Source of the DNA: Rhynchobatus australiae
Taxonomy: Eukaryota
Direction of reading: 5' to 3'
DNA length: 64,000 bases
NCBI GenBank assembly: GCA_034780895.1
Contig: JAUZTB010000076.1
Span: forward strand, 49,743,860 to 49,807,859
A model generated the notes under the pieces. The model saw only the letters and a program-made list of their open reading frames with translations, had not been told where the DNA came from and ran no database searches. Both the position numbers and the translations under genes were made by a program. Of the stretch, positions 37,828-50,919 are shown in pieces; position 1 is the first letter of the stretch, and each line of letters starts with the position of its first letter.

Positions 37828-40800
37828 GTATGTGGAATTTAAAAAGAATTGCGTGTACTGTGTTTAAGAATCATACAAAGGTATTACAGTTGAATTGATG
37901 TCTCCACCATTCAAGCTTAGCAGTAGGGTGCCAGGTCTTTTTTTTGTGGCACTCCTGATCCCACCATACTTGAATCTGTGATCATCTTTTGTTTGTTTAG
38001 TTGCTATGCCCAGTCATGCTGAATATTTCTGAAAGATTTTGTTCATTAGGTCTTGAATTTATATTCCAACTTGTTTTCTTCAGCCCATCATTCTACTGTA
38101 AGATTACTTGCCCAACTCCAGATATGGATGAGTCTTAGTTTGCCTCTGCTGAATATTGCTAAGAAATTCAAAGTATATTCCATATCCCTGAATTTCAGAT
38201 TGATCCCTCACTTCCAAATCAGGCATCAATACATTCCCCCCTATCCTTTGAGCTTGTGACATCACATCTTTTCCATGACAAAGACAACCCACTGAAGCCT
38301 TTGTAAAGTGCCCATCTGGTGCTAAAACATTGCTGCATTTGTCACCTCCAGATNNNNNNNNNNNNNNNNNNNNNNNNNNNNNNNNNNNNNNNNNNNNNNN
38401 NNNNNNNNNNNNNNNNNNNNNNNNNNNNNNNNNNNNNNNNNNNNNNNNNNNNNNNNNNNNNNNNNNNNNNNNNNNNNNNNNNNNNNNNNNNNNNNNNNNN
38501 NNNNNNNNNNNNNNNNNNNNNNNNNNNNNNNNNNNNNNNNNNNNNNNNNNNNNNNNNNNNNNNNNNNNNNNNNNNNNNNNNNNNNNNNNNNNNNNNNNNN
38601 NNNNNNNNNNNNNNNNNNNNNNNNNNNNNNNNNNNNNNNNNNNNNNNNNNNNNNNNNNNNNNNNNNNNNNNNNNNNNNNNNNNNNNNNNNNNNNNNNNNN
38701 NNNNNNNNNNNNNNNNNNNNNNNNNNNNNNNNNNNNNNNNNNNNNNNNNNNNNNNNNNNNNNNNNNNNNNNNNNNNNNNNNNNNNNNNNNNNNNNNNNNN
38801 NNNNNNNNNNNNNNNNNNNNNNNNNNNNNNNNNNNNNNNNNNNNNNNNNNNNNNNNNNNNNNNNNNNNNNNNNNNNNNNNNNNNNNNNNNNNNNNNNNNN
38901 NNNNNNNNNNNNNNNNNNNNNNNNNNNNNNNNNNNNNNNNNNNNNNNNNNNNNNNNNNNNNNNNNNNNNNNNNNNNNNNNNNNNNNNNNNNNNNNNNNNN
39001 NNNNNNNNNNNNNNNNNNNNNNNNNNNNNNNNNNNNNNNNNNNNNNNNNNNNNNNNNNNNNNNNNNNNNNNNNNNNNNNNNNNNNNNNNNNNNNNNNNNN
39101 NNNNNNNNNNNNNNNNNNNNNNNNNNNNNNNNNNNNNNNNNNNNNNNNNNNNNNNNNNNNNNNNNNNNNNNNNNNNNNNNNNNNNNNNNNNNNNNNNNNN
39201 NNNNNNNNNNNNNNNNNNNNNNNNNNNNNNNNNNNNNNNNNNNNNNNNNNNNNNTGGCATACATAGCTGGTGTGTTGTGGTTCTGTGCTATTTTCCTTTG
39301 GGTTCCATTGTTTTCATTTCCAAGTCCATTGCTGCATGAATTCTCAAAAGTCTTAGCTTACAGTTGTGGGTGTCACTTGTGCAAACAAAACTAAAAGCTG
39401 TATGGAAGAAGTTCTGTACAATAATTATATTAAAAGCACAAGAGATGTCAAGGTTATGGTTGCTTCCTGACTACCTGATCCATCTGAAGGTGCAGTGAAA
39501 AGGTACAACCAGGCACAGAAATTTCTTAGTTTGCAGGTGGTTTTTGGAAGACTCTAATTTCTAAGAAATTAATTGCTCAACAAGTTGTCCAGCAGTGCTG
39601 AAGAATACTTCAATAGTAGAGGCACTGTTTTACCTTGAGCACCAATTTTCGATCTCGCTGTTGTGTTTTAAACCACAAAGCAGCAGAGTTGTCACCTTGG
39701 TAATCGCCTATCAGAGCACCATAATGATAGCTGTTTTTGATTAGTCTTTATGTACAGAGTGATGTTTTCAATTTTATTGCAGGAAGAAGGTAATTTATGC
39801 TTTTGTCATTGACAGAATTTATCAATAATTTCCTTGGTCTTTGCTTTGAAAATAGCTGTGCATGGTTCTTGCTTAGAATTACATCAGTTATAAAACTTTG
39901 CCATCATTTTTTAACCAGGTCATTTAAATTTCTGTTATACACTTTGCACTTATTACTGTTTCATCTAAGTTTTTGTGTATTACTACCTTCTGTCAGAAAA
40001 GGCTCTTTCTAGTACAAAAGATCTTAAATAACAGCAGCAGTTATTTGTCAGAACAAAAGAAAATCCACATTCAGTTTTTTGTTTAATTGAGTTGAATTAA
40101 ACATTTAAGGATTTTGCTTCATTAATGTGATAATTTTATTATCATGATACCTCAGAGTTTGTTTTGCTAAATATTTCTGCTCCACTAAGTACTGTTGATA
40201 GATCAATCTGCAAAATGTCATCTAATATTAACAGAAGGTGAAATATATATTGGCTATTTTTGTTTGAGTCTAAAATATTCAATTTGGTATAGCTCAGTAA
40301 TTTTTATCTCTAAGCTGAAAGAAATGCTTTTCATGATGCATGTTTCTACAAATCCTTCACCCAAAGGAACTTCTCAAAATCAGTGTTTGCCAATCTCTAC
40401 GAATAGATTCTTGAATTTTTCTTTTTACTGGGGGTTGTGGGGTGAAATAGCTCATAGTAACATGCATTGGTACACTGTATGCATACCATATAACACACCT
40501 GAGTAGTAGCAACTATTTCATGTTTCAGTCTAATTTTAACTTAAAAATGTTACTTCCTTTCTGCTTCANNNNNNNNNNTGATAGTATTTGAAAATGGACT
40601 GTCTACTATTAGTGTATTTTGTTGCCAAAATAGAATTGAGATATTTAGTGAATTTGTTTTGCATTCCTTAATGAATGCTGTTAAGTTTCACTTGAACAGC
40701 TTGCCTACTTGTCTTTCTATGATACTATTAAAAAGGTGGCTCACGCTTGTTTTCTTGAGAGGTATTCAAAACAAAAGCTTATCGTTTCAGGAATAGTTTT

Positions 40801-41855
40801 GGGAATTTATGCATGTGATTGAGATTAAACATCTGAAAAACACTTTTTTATGATTTAGCAATATAAAACTTCTTTAAGGAACCCATTGATCGCTCCACAA
40901 TTATGTCTGAGATAGGGGGAAAAAGCAATTATATTAAAAAATATTCCTAGTTGTATGCAGTTCAAAATCTGAGCTGCAGTCTCAGCTTTTTAACTTCTGT
41001 TATTACTTACACGTATGATACTTTAAAATAGTCTCATGGAAGTCTTTAAATGAATGGCATTCTTTGACTAAGTGAAGTTTTTGATTGAGTTAGATTAAGT
41101 TTTGAAGAAATTGCTTGGTTTTTTAAATACACTAACTTATTAAGCACACTTTCTCAAACAATGAAGATTATTTTTTTGAGCAAAAAATATTTTGGTTACT
41201 TTTTAGTAGGAGCAATCAAAAATGATTTAAACTTGAGCGATGAAAGGCCTAAGGGGATTTTCAGTTACTTCTAAATCACATAGCTTGTTTTAATTGCATT
41301 TGATTTTTGGACCCAGTGCAGTAAATTTTATCTGGTTGAGAGCTTTTTCTTTTCCAAACATAAAAACATTTCGGGTCTTGAGCCATTAGAAAGAACTTCA
41401 AATATCATAAATTTCCATGAGTCTCTAAATTAGTATTTAAGTATGCTTTCTGGGGAATGGTTGCAGTTCAGTATTAATGTGCTGGATCATAGGTGATGCA
41501 CAGATTTGTATCCAATCATCTCAGAGTGAATTAGTTTTTGAACTACATTGATGTGGATTGTTTCACATGAACCTGAAGTTAGATTTCAGTCTTGTGATTA
41601 GATGGAGAATGTATGAATGACATTTGAGCCTCTTGAGTAACGGTAGTATCAAGGGGGAGGTGGACTTGAGAAGGAAGGAAAATGGAGTAGTTTTAATTTG
41701 GATAAGTTAAGAAATGAAATGTTGCACTAACTGTTTTTTGCATAGATGGTGCTGAGCGAGAGGCAATAAATGCCATTGATGCCCCAAGAATAAATTAAAA
41801 CAATCAGTTAATAAATGGAATGTCCTCTCCTCTGTCATTCTTGAACAAACTCTCA

Positions 41856-42010
41856 TGTCCATCCATCAGTCATTGAAGCTGTTGTTGGCAGACCTAATGG
41901 TTATCAATGAGTGGTAAGAGTCGACAGTGAAGAAGGCTCCCAGGGTTTTTTTGTGGGCACCCCTGTGATGGCCCTGTGCTTGTAAAGGAGGTACCTAAAT
42001 GAATAATTAA
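41856..42010 (+). repeat. Unclassified ~155-bp repeat, copy 1
   Basis: Colinear with 43260-43421; both end acctaaatgaataattaa. Confidence 0.8.
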
Positions 42011-43259
42011 CTGAAAATAAAACCTGATTAAATCATTATATTTGTCGTGTTTGTGCACAAAAGTCCCAGCTATTTAAGTGTGTCCAGTTATCGACATTAT
42101 TCAATTTAATGGCTCAAAAATACAACAACATGTTTATTTTTATGGAAAATGCATTTCCTTTCTTTTAGTTTTTAACATTTTTCAATTTAACCATCAAACT
42201 GTTCTGCTTCTGTAAATAGATTAGACTTTCTAATCTATGGGGACAAGACTGCAATAAATCCTTCATCCAGCAGTGACATGAAACCATCATTAAAATATTT
42301 GGTCTGCTTTTGATTTTGAAGTATTGCGATTGTTAAATTGTCACCTTCACTTAGAAAAGGAAGTGCTCTAACAAGCAAGCTCACTTTTTTTAAGAAGGTA
42401 AGCCTTTGTAGTGCAGTAGCTCCCATCGAAGTGAAGTCATCAGTTGCCAAAGGCAAATCCCCTTAAAAGCAGAATGTTTCAATTTTACACATTTTGTGTC
42501 AATTTTCTGCAAAAGAAAGTACCCCCTAGACATTTCATGTTAAGGTTTGGAAAACCAGCTTCCTCTGTTTTGATTTGATTACTAAGAGCAGCGTTCTCCT
42601 GGAAGTTGGTGTCAGTGGTCAGTAAGTTATTTGACGGAAAACATTTCCCTTCCTTTATTTAACCTTTGACTTTTGAAAGTAAAAGTTAATCAAAGCTTAA
42701 GTAGAAGCAGCAGTAAGGTGGAAGTCCACAGCTGGCAAATAAAGTTGATCCAGCTCTGTAAACGTAACTTTGAGAGACTGCTTTTTGACTCTTTCCAGGT
42801 GGAAATCTTAATAAATTTTACTGCAGCTTGACTGTTCTTTTTAAAGATGGGGGAAGAGCCTGACCAGTTTCAGTCTCTGGAATCACGCTTCAGTTGGAAA
42901 TTACCAATGTTACAAGAATTAAATCAGCCAACTGGTCAAAATGAGGGATCCTTTATCTCTGAATCTGAAAATGATTTTGCAACTCACAAAAATTTATTCA
43001 AAACCTGTGGACAAGAGTAGAGAAAATATCCCTTGAGTCTGTTTAGTCATTCAGCTAAGTTGTAGCCATTCAGTGACCGACATCATATATCTCCCCTACT
43101 AGCCCAACCTGCTTTGCCCCATATCATGCAAACATGCAAATCAGGAGCCTTGAGTCTACTTCGCCATTTGATACAATATTATGGCTAATCAGAAGCAACC
43201 TCAATACTGAGTTCCCACCTACCTCTGGTAACTTCATCGTCTTGCAATGAAGAATCTTT

Positions 43260-43421
43260 TGTCTGTCTATCAAAGTCATTGATGCTGCTGTTGGTGGGCA
43301 TAATAGTTACTGGTGAGTGGTCAGAGTTGGATCAGCAGTGAGGAAGTCTCCCAGTGCTTTGTTCTGAATTCCAGTGCAATGGCCTTATGTTGGTAATGGA
43401 AGCACCTAAATGAATAATTAA
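43260..43421 (+). repeat. Unclassified ~160-bp repeat, copy 2 (inserted in CR1)
   Basis: Homologous to 41856-42010; splits the host sequence aagaatct|atccacctctgc. Confidence 0.8.
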
Positions 43422-43644
43422 ATAATCCACCTCTGCTTTAAAGATACTCAAAACTTTGGATTCAACCACTCTCTTTGAGGAAGAGGAAAAGAGTTCAAAA
43501 GACTCATGGATTACAGAAAAGCTTCCACTTTACCTCTGTATGAAACATCAAATCCTCATTTTTAAACAGTGACCCTCAGTTTTCAATTCTTCCACAGAAG
43601 GAAGCGTTCACTCCGCATCCCTCCTGACAAAATCCTTCAGAATC

Positions 43645-43989
43645 TTTTTTAAAATTTTATTTACAGCGTAGTAACGGGCCCTTCCGGCCGAACGAGTCCG
43701 CGCCGCCCATTTTAAACCCCAAATTAACCTACCCGTACGTCTTTAGAATGTGGGAGGAAACAGGAGCACCCGGAGNNNNNNNNNNNNNNNNNNNNNNNNN
43801 NNNNNNNNNNNNNNNNNNNNNNNNNNNNNNNNNNNNNNNNNNNNNNNNNNNNNNNNNNNNNNNNNNNNNNNNNNNCATTTTAAACCCCAAATTAACCTAC
43901 CCGTACGTCTTTAGAATGTGGGAGGAAACAGGAGCACCCGGAGGAAACCCACGCAGACACGGGAGAATGTACAAACTCTTTACAGACAG
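43645..43989 (-). mobile_element. V-SINE (same subfamily as 34957-35212), 5'-truncated, spanning a 100-N gap
   Basis: Near-identical to 34970-35140; 68 bp is repeated on both sides of the gap. Confidence 0.88.
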
Positions 43990-44794
43990 TTAGAAGTTTC
44001 AATGTTTAAAGAAAATAGAAGCTAACACTGCCAACCTTTTCTAATGAGACAATCCACGCATTCCTGGTATTAATCTAGTAAAACATTCTCTGCATGCTTA
44101 AGATACACCACCATCCTTTCTTAAATAAGGGAACTTGTAGCATGCACAGTACTGTAATAACATCTCATCAATGCCTTATATAAATGAGTCATAACCTCCC
44201 TACCTTTGTATTCATTTCCCCTAGCAATAAACAGCGACTTCTGTTAGCTTTTCTAATTACTTGCTCTGTCTGCATACTATCCTTTTATTAATCATACACT
44301 CGGACACCCAGATTCCTCTACATCTCACATCTTCTTGATCTCTCAGTTTATAGGTAATGGTTCTTTCTATATTTCCTTCAAAAGCAGACAATTCTTCCAC
44401 ACTCCATTTTCCTGACCTTTGCTCACTCACTGAACAGGCTACAAATGGATACATATTATGTCCTCTTCACAACTTACTTTCCTGCTATCTTTGGTTCATC
44501 AGAATATTGTACTTTGCTCCCTTCATCCAAATCACTTGTATATACTCTAAAAGGTTGAGGGTCCACCACCAGGCCCGGTGACACACAATACATTTGCTAA
44601 CTAGAAAAGGACCAATTTATGACTAAATATTGTTCTACAGAACTCTTCCCGACTTCAGACTCAAAAGTTAATCTTCTCAACATCAAGTGAGATGTATAGA
44701 AGTTACAAACTACTACCTCTCTCTGTTCTTACTACTTTCCTCCCACCTGATTTTTCAGACCATGCCTCCTTGTGCTGGCATTTCCAGTCAACCA

Positions 44795-44996
44795 AAACAG
44801 TTCAAAAGCAGAAAAGTATCAATGTTTGAAATCTGAAATACAAACAGTGAATTCTGGAAATTATGGTTCAGAATAGTGGCCTTTTGTCAGAACGGTTTGG
44901 TCATTGGCCTGAAATTTGCACTCTGTTCGCCTCCCCAGAGATGCTGTCTCACCTTCTGAGTATCTCCAACAACTTCTTCTCTTCAGATTCCAGCAG
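44795..44996. mobile_element. Degenerate fold-back Penelope terminal-repeat element
   Basis: gaaatctgaaa...ttctggaaat on the left; gatgctgtctcaccttctgagtatctccaac...ttcagattccagcag on the right. Confidence 0.55.
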
Positions 44997-44999
44997 AAA

Positions 45000-47400
45000 T
45001 GGATTCTTTTTCCCTATCTTATGAATTCTATTTAATACCTTGAAAACTTGATTAGTTTTTAAAGTCTAAGGGAATACTACTCAAATTGTGGTAGTAGGTA
45101 CTCCTGATTTATCCTGAAGCATTCAGGTATCTATGCCCTGTCTGTCGTGCAATCCAGCATATCCCTTCTAAAATGTGATGCCCAAAACTGCGCACACAGT
45201 GCTATGAATAATTCCTTTTGCAGTTGTAACACAACCTCTCCCATGTATTACGATCCTCTGGTTATAAAGGCTGGCATTCCATTGGCATTTTTAATTGATT
45301 TTTTTCCACCTGACAATTACATCACGTACATTGATTTCCATTGCTGCTTGTGTTCCACCTTCAACTGCTATTTTTGATCCTTTAAGGTTCAGTGAATGAC
45401 ATCACATTTGACTGCATTGAGGTTCATTTGCCATGGTTTTGCCCATCATGATTTTATTATTGTTGCATTACGATCTAATGCTTTCATCTACACAGCCAAG
45501 TCTGCTGCCTCTCTTTTGACTATCTTCATGTTACTGACAAACTTAGATTCATGGCTTTCCATTTCATCCTAGTGGAGGGGGAGCAGCAGGGGTGTCACTC
45601 AATCAAGATGCTTAAATGGGAACTGGGTAAATATCTGAAAGGAAAATATTTAGAGTTATGAGGAGAGAGCTAGTGAGTGGGATGAGCTGCTGTTTCATAC
45701 AGATGACAAAGTCCCATTGGGCTAAAGGGGTTCATTTACTACTGTAATTTCTCTGTACTTATCCTGCTTGTTCACAAGTGTGGTGAATAATTACATACCT
45801 CACCCAACACAGGTGCCTGTGGAACACCGCAGATTATATCCTGCTGGTTTGAGTACCTGTCTATTATTCCTGCTGTCTGCCTCCTGCTTCTCAGCTAATT
45901 TCCAAGCCAGCCAAATAACTTGCCTTCAGTTCCATGAGCTTCAACTTTGCCTCACAGTTTGTCAAAGGGACTAGAGATGAATGCCTTTTGAAAGTCCACA
46001 CAAATAAAATCCAGAGATACCCTATCACTAATTTAGGCATCTCTTCAAAAATAAATTCAGTTTCCATACATCATTTACCCTTGACAAATCCTTGCTGGAT
46101 TTCAATGAGAAATTTTCAAGGACTTCACTCGGTATTTCTCGTTACCTGCTCTGTAATTTCCTCCCAATAAATGTTGGCCTAACTGGTCTACAATTTTTTG
46201 GTTTCTGACCTTCCTCCCCCTAAACCCCCCCCCCCCCCCAACTCTCATCATCACCACCTCCTCACCTTTCTTAAACAGCAGGGCAAATAATCTCAATTTT
46301 GCAGTCTGATAGAGTAGTTCCAGAGTATTAGATGATCGGAAGATTAATATTGGTGCTTTCACATTGTTTCATTTGCTTCTTTTAACATTTAGGAACAGAA
46401 GGCTTCTGGTTTGGGGGTACTTGTCACTGTTTTCTGGCATTCCATTGGCATTTTTAATTGATTTTTTCCACCTGACAATTACTTCATGTACATTGATTTC
46501 CATTGCTGCTTGCATTCCACCTTCAACTGCTATTTTTGATCCTTTAAGGTTCAGTGAATGACATCATATTTGACTGCATTGAGGTTCATTTGGCATGGTT
46601 TTGCCCATCATGATTTTATTAATGTTGCTTCCATTAATTTTGGAAAGTCCCTGTCAGTGACTTGATATTGGTTTTCTCAGGTTGTGTGGCATAGTATATG
46701 TTGATTCAAAGTACTTATTCAGCATGCTCTCTATTTCTTAATTTACATTTGCACTTTCACCACTTTCAGTTTTCAAGTCGCCAACTTTGTACCTGGACAC
46801 CCTCTTTCTCAGTAAATAAATGCAATAATCTGCATTGATTTTGATATTACATGCAAGTTTCTTTCTGTGTTCCCTTTCTGTTCTGTATCTGTTTTATTAT
46901 ATTATCCTTTGCCGCCATCCTGGTTCCTAGGTCAATGTAGGATGTTTTAAGTTTTACATTTTAGTCTTTAATCGCTGTTTTATCATCCATGATTATGCAT
47001 TTTTTAAATGTGGTCTCTTGGCTCTTTGGCGTTCAAGCTGGACCTTAAAATTGTTTGTCTGCCTTCTCCCACTGATCATCTGCCATTTTCCTCAGATTTG
47101 GCCATTTTTCTGTGGAAAGTTTCTGTCTCATCCTTTTGAAATCAATCTTACTGAAATATAGAATTACTAAACACTTCTGCACTCCTCCTTTTCAAGCATT
47201 ACTTTGAACTCATTATGAAAACTGTCAAATAAATGTTCCCACACTGTGAACTGAATCAAATACAATCTGCCCCTTTTTTGTTCTGGTTCAAATCATCGAA
47301 GAAAACCACCCCAAATACAGACAAGAATTTCTCTACCATTCTGCTTTCCCAAACCATTTAAAAGTTGTCCGGTCTCTTCATTCATACACTTGACAGTTTC
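45000..47400 (-). mobile_element. Long, highly decayed antisense CR1-type LINE
   Basis: aaatgtgatgcccaaaactgcgcacacagt (antisense CAQFWASH), aatgccttttgaaagtccaca (antisense VDFQKAF), ttgacaaatccttgctg; includes a short sense CR1 tail at ~45590-45760. Confidence 0.7.
45271..46628 (+). repeat. Direct repeat pair, 45271-45466 and 46434-46628
   Basis: 196 and 195 bp; about 7 substitutions and 1 indel by eye. Confidence 0.95.
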
Positions 47401-48782
47401 ACATCTTCTGTGCAAAAACTCCCACTGCAGAATTGTCCTATTACATGCCTTAATTCTACCTCTTAGACATCCATTGTCAGTTTACCTTCTGTTAGATTGT
47501 TTCATCATTGAAGAGATTGTTTTTCAATCAACAAGATACCTCCACCTCATCTGCTACTTTTACCATTTTACAGATCTTGTGACTTTTAATATTCCATTCT
47601 AAATATCTTGCAGCCATGTCACATTAATGGATATACTGTTATGCCACCCACATTGAATGTAATTCGCTATTTGATCCCCGTATTCTACTGTTATGTAAGA
47701 ACCCTTATTTGGGCCATACTTTGTTACCTGGTCTTCTGCTCCAGTGTTAAATGCTTTTCTCTTAGGACAATTCTTTTTAGATAAACAAAAGGAATGTAGT
47801 GATGCAAACACTATTTCTGACAATAAATCCTTTCATTTGTTTTGGAGCTATTATTTAGAAATTGCTTCCACCTGAGATGCCCATTTTGTTTCGTGATTAA
47901 GTTTTGAAGGTTTGTGTGAAAAGGATTATTGAAGCAAGAGAGGTTCTGATTCAGACCCTTGAGATGATTTGGTCGTTCATTTAAATTATGGAAGATCTAT
48001 ATCTTAACTTCATTATTTCACCTTGGCCCTGTAATAGCTTAATGAGCCAGGCTGACTGTTGACTCTGCAGGTGATCAACTTAGCCAGACTCAATCATCTT
48101 TACTTTGGCAATCACCTTTACTTTGGCAGTCACTTCCTGAAGAAGACATGTTAGGCTAATGGAAAAGGAAAATGCTGAAGATGCTGGAAGTTTCAGGTCA
48201 ATGGCTTTTCATTGGAACTGGGTTAGGGTGATGCATCCAATGTAGCTAACTGTTGAATACATCCACTTCTGAGCACAGTTTGTGTGAGTGATTGGTTTTC
48301 AGGGTGGTACTCTTTCTGTTTAAGGAAAAGAAGCACAGTCTTGCTGTTGAAAAGGAGCTTTTTGGGAGCCTGCAGAATATCGGCTTTCCTCTATATCAAT
48401 TTGTTTTGGCTGTTAGTCTCCAATGAGAGATTAAGTGCATTAATGCAGCTGACATTCAGTCCGGTCCTAAGCAAGTGTTGGATTTAGAGATTTGGGTTAC
48501 CTTCGGAAGGTTAAGCTGGTCTTTTATTGGTTGTTGCAATGAACTCTCAACTTGTAATGGGAAGGATGAATTTGTACAGACCGAAGTCACGTACGTAGGA
48601 ATAAATGTACGTTTGAAACACAGAGAATGAACATGGCTTATTTTGTCATTTGCCTAGGCTTGACATCCTCCAGTGCAAATTTCTTTCTCTTCAGCTGACC
48701 ACAGCTCTTCAGTATCTTGTGGTACAATAGTAGAAAGGGTGTACAGTATTTAATGCCCATTAGTAATTAAAGAGGTGATATG

Positions 48783-49140
48783 AACATAGAAATCAGAAGT
48801 GGGAATAGGCCACTTGGCCCCTCCAGCTTGCTCCACTATTTAGTAAGATCATGCCTGAACTGATAGTAACCTCAACTGCTCATTCCTGTCCATCCCCGAT
48901 ATTCTTTTATCCCTCTCCTTATCAAGTATCGATCTTTCTCTGCCTTAAACATTCAAGGCGTCTGCTTCCAATGCCCTTTGAGTTTAATTTCCAAAAGAGA
49001 CATGACCCTTGGAAAGATAAGATTTGGCCCACCTCTGTTTTAAATGGGCAACCCCTTATCAGTGACCCATGTTATGGCTTCTCCCAAAAGAGGAAATGTT
49101 TTTCCCACATCCACACTGTTAAGGCTGCTCACCATCTTAG
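48783..49140 (-). mobile_element. CR1 LINE 3' end, antisense
   Basis: aacatagaaatcagaagtgggaataggccacttggcccctccagcttgctccactatt...taaatgggcaacccctta. Confidence 0.8.
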
Positions 49141-49144
49141 ATGT

Positions 49145-49350
49145 TTACAGCAACGGTGAGCTACCTTCTTCAGCTGCTGAAGTCGACGCAGTGACGCTTT
49201 TTTCACACAACACTCTCTGATAGGTTTATTTTCACACAGTGATAGTGAAGGAATGAAGGTGTATTTCCATGTCAGAATAAATTAAGAACAAGGAGTATCT
49301 GCAAGTGGCAGCATTCCCATGTACCTGCTACCCTTGTCCTTCATGATGGG
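49145..49350 (-). mobile_element. Fragment of the LINE family seen at 17428-17980
   Basis: ggtgagctaccttcttcagctgctg and ttcccatgtacctgctacccttgtcc are reverse-complementary to motifs at ~17720-17895. Confidence 0.6.
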
Positions 49351-50919
49351 GTATCTACCATTAATGGGAATGTGCCCAAAAGTTGGTTTATCTGAGACCC
49401 TTTGTTAAGTAACCAAATAGGAGGGTAATATTTTTGGTGTTATGTAGTACCAAATGTAAACAGTGTAGATGAAGGATTCAGTTTGATATTTTGCTCCAGA
49501 TAAGTGATAATTATTTTGTGTATAATAAAACAAATTATGTTAATCACTGTGAACAAACATTTAATGTAAGCTCTATTCTTTTAAGATTTCAAGCAGTTGT
49601 TTTATTTCTGAATTAGTTTAATCCTTTATTTTAACAATAGTAATTTCAGTTCAATTCTTATATGTGTAAATGGTAAATTTTGGAAATGTCCAGTCACAGG
49701 CTGCTCCAGCTGAATCTGATCCTGTTCTCAAGCAAGTCGTAGCCGGGATCTGCTGATCCGCTTCCATCTGTTATATATTGTCTTTAGTAACTAGAAAATC
49801 AGGAGAGTCCTTTATATTTCTCTTTAATTTGAGAAACCAAGTTCAAGGATCAAGACCAAAGTGCAAAACATCAAAGGTGAAATGTGTACAATAGAAGACA
49901 AGACAAATGAACAAGTTGTGATCAAGGTTTAATTCCTGTCATAAGGCGGAAACACTGAATAATGCTATCCGTTCCTTGTGTATCAGGATGTCATGTTTTC
50001 TGTGTGTAGTGCAGGAAGTTTAACATTATTTTTCTTGAGTGCTTACATTCACACAGCATGTTCCATATGCGGATTATTTAACTAGACACTAAAGGTTTAT
50101 GTAAATATCAGTGAATAGTTGAATAACACATCAATGAATTTGTAAATATCAGTTTACCCCTTTCTGGATGCTTGCTCTCACAAATGTTACTCAGTCATGG
50201 AGATGTTGCTTGAGTTGGTTGGTTGCTTAAAAATAATTCAGCCTTGTGAATGTGGCACTGAGTCATCAGTGTTTTGGAGCAGAGTCTTTTTGCAGTCAAG
50301 AAACAGTTTTCCAAATTGCCTTTGGGATTGTAGAAGAACCGAAAATAATAGTTGATTTATGTAGGGTTTTTATGGTTTTTAAAGTATATTTTGTCAAGGA
50401 CTGTTATTAGCGTTTTTTCAGTACAGTTTTGAAAATGTGTTCTTTATGTAGATAAAATAAAGAGGGGAAAATGAACGTTACAGATGTTTGCTTTCGAGCC
50501 AGTGACTGAAAAATCATTTGCAATGAAGTTTGTGTAGCATTGTTCAACCCATTGTAATGTTTTAATTTTAAAATCTTAATGTTGTAATAGTGCCTTGACC
50601 TAATTTCTTTTTTCTGTTTTATTGACATGAGTAGTTGAAATGGTGTTTGATGTAAGTGATATAAAGTCTTGCCATGATCCCATGTATGAAAAATGCTAAC
50701 TCTTCAGCATTATGTCATTACTGTTTAGAAAAAGAAACTGTAACTGAAGCTGCAAAGCCTCGCATTTGATGGGACAGAGATGCCAACAAATGCAGTGTTA
50801 TGAAGTTTGAAATTGGGCATTATCCAAGTGTACTTGCACTTCAAAACAAAAGGGTGTTTTGTTTTTGTACTGGAATTAACGTAGGATTAGTATAAATGGT
50901 TGGTTGAAGGTGAGTATTT

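Larger units (their letters stand above)
43135..44640 (-). mobile_element. Old antisense CR1 LINE hosting a V-SINE and the unclassified repeat
   Basis: Antisense tail at ~43140-43250, then cctcatttttaaacagtgaccc and gtattcatttcccctagcaataaa; same family as 48783-49140. Confidence 0.7.

Noticed and set aside
43708-43943. Apparent tandem SINE dimer
   Set aside because: An identical 68 bp flanks both sides of a 100-N gap; most likely a scaffolding artefact.
45271-46628. LTR retrotransposon or TRIM interpretation of the direct repeats
   Set aside because: No TG...CA termini, TSD, primer-binding site or polypurine tract; the interior is continuous host LINE.
48098-48133. Short tandem duplications (also ~3303-3352, ~12421-12441, ~27683-27720)
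   Set aside because: Ordinary slippage products; no regular repeat-spacer structure, so not CRISPR-like.
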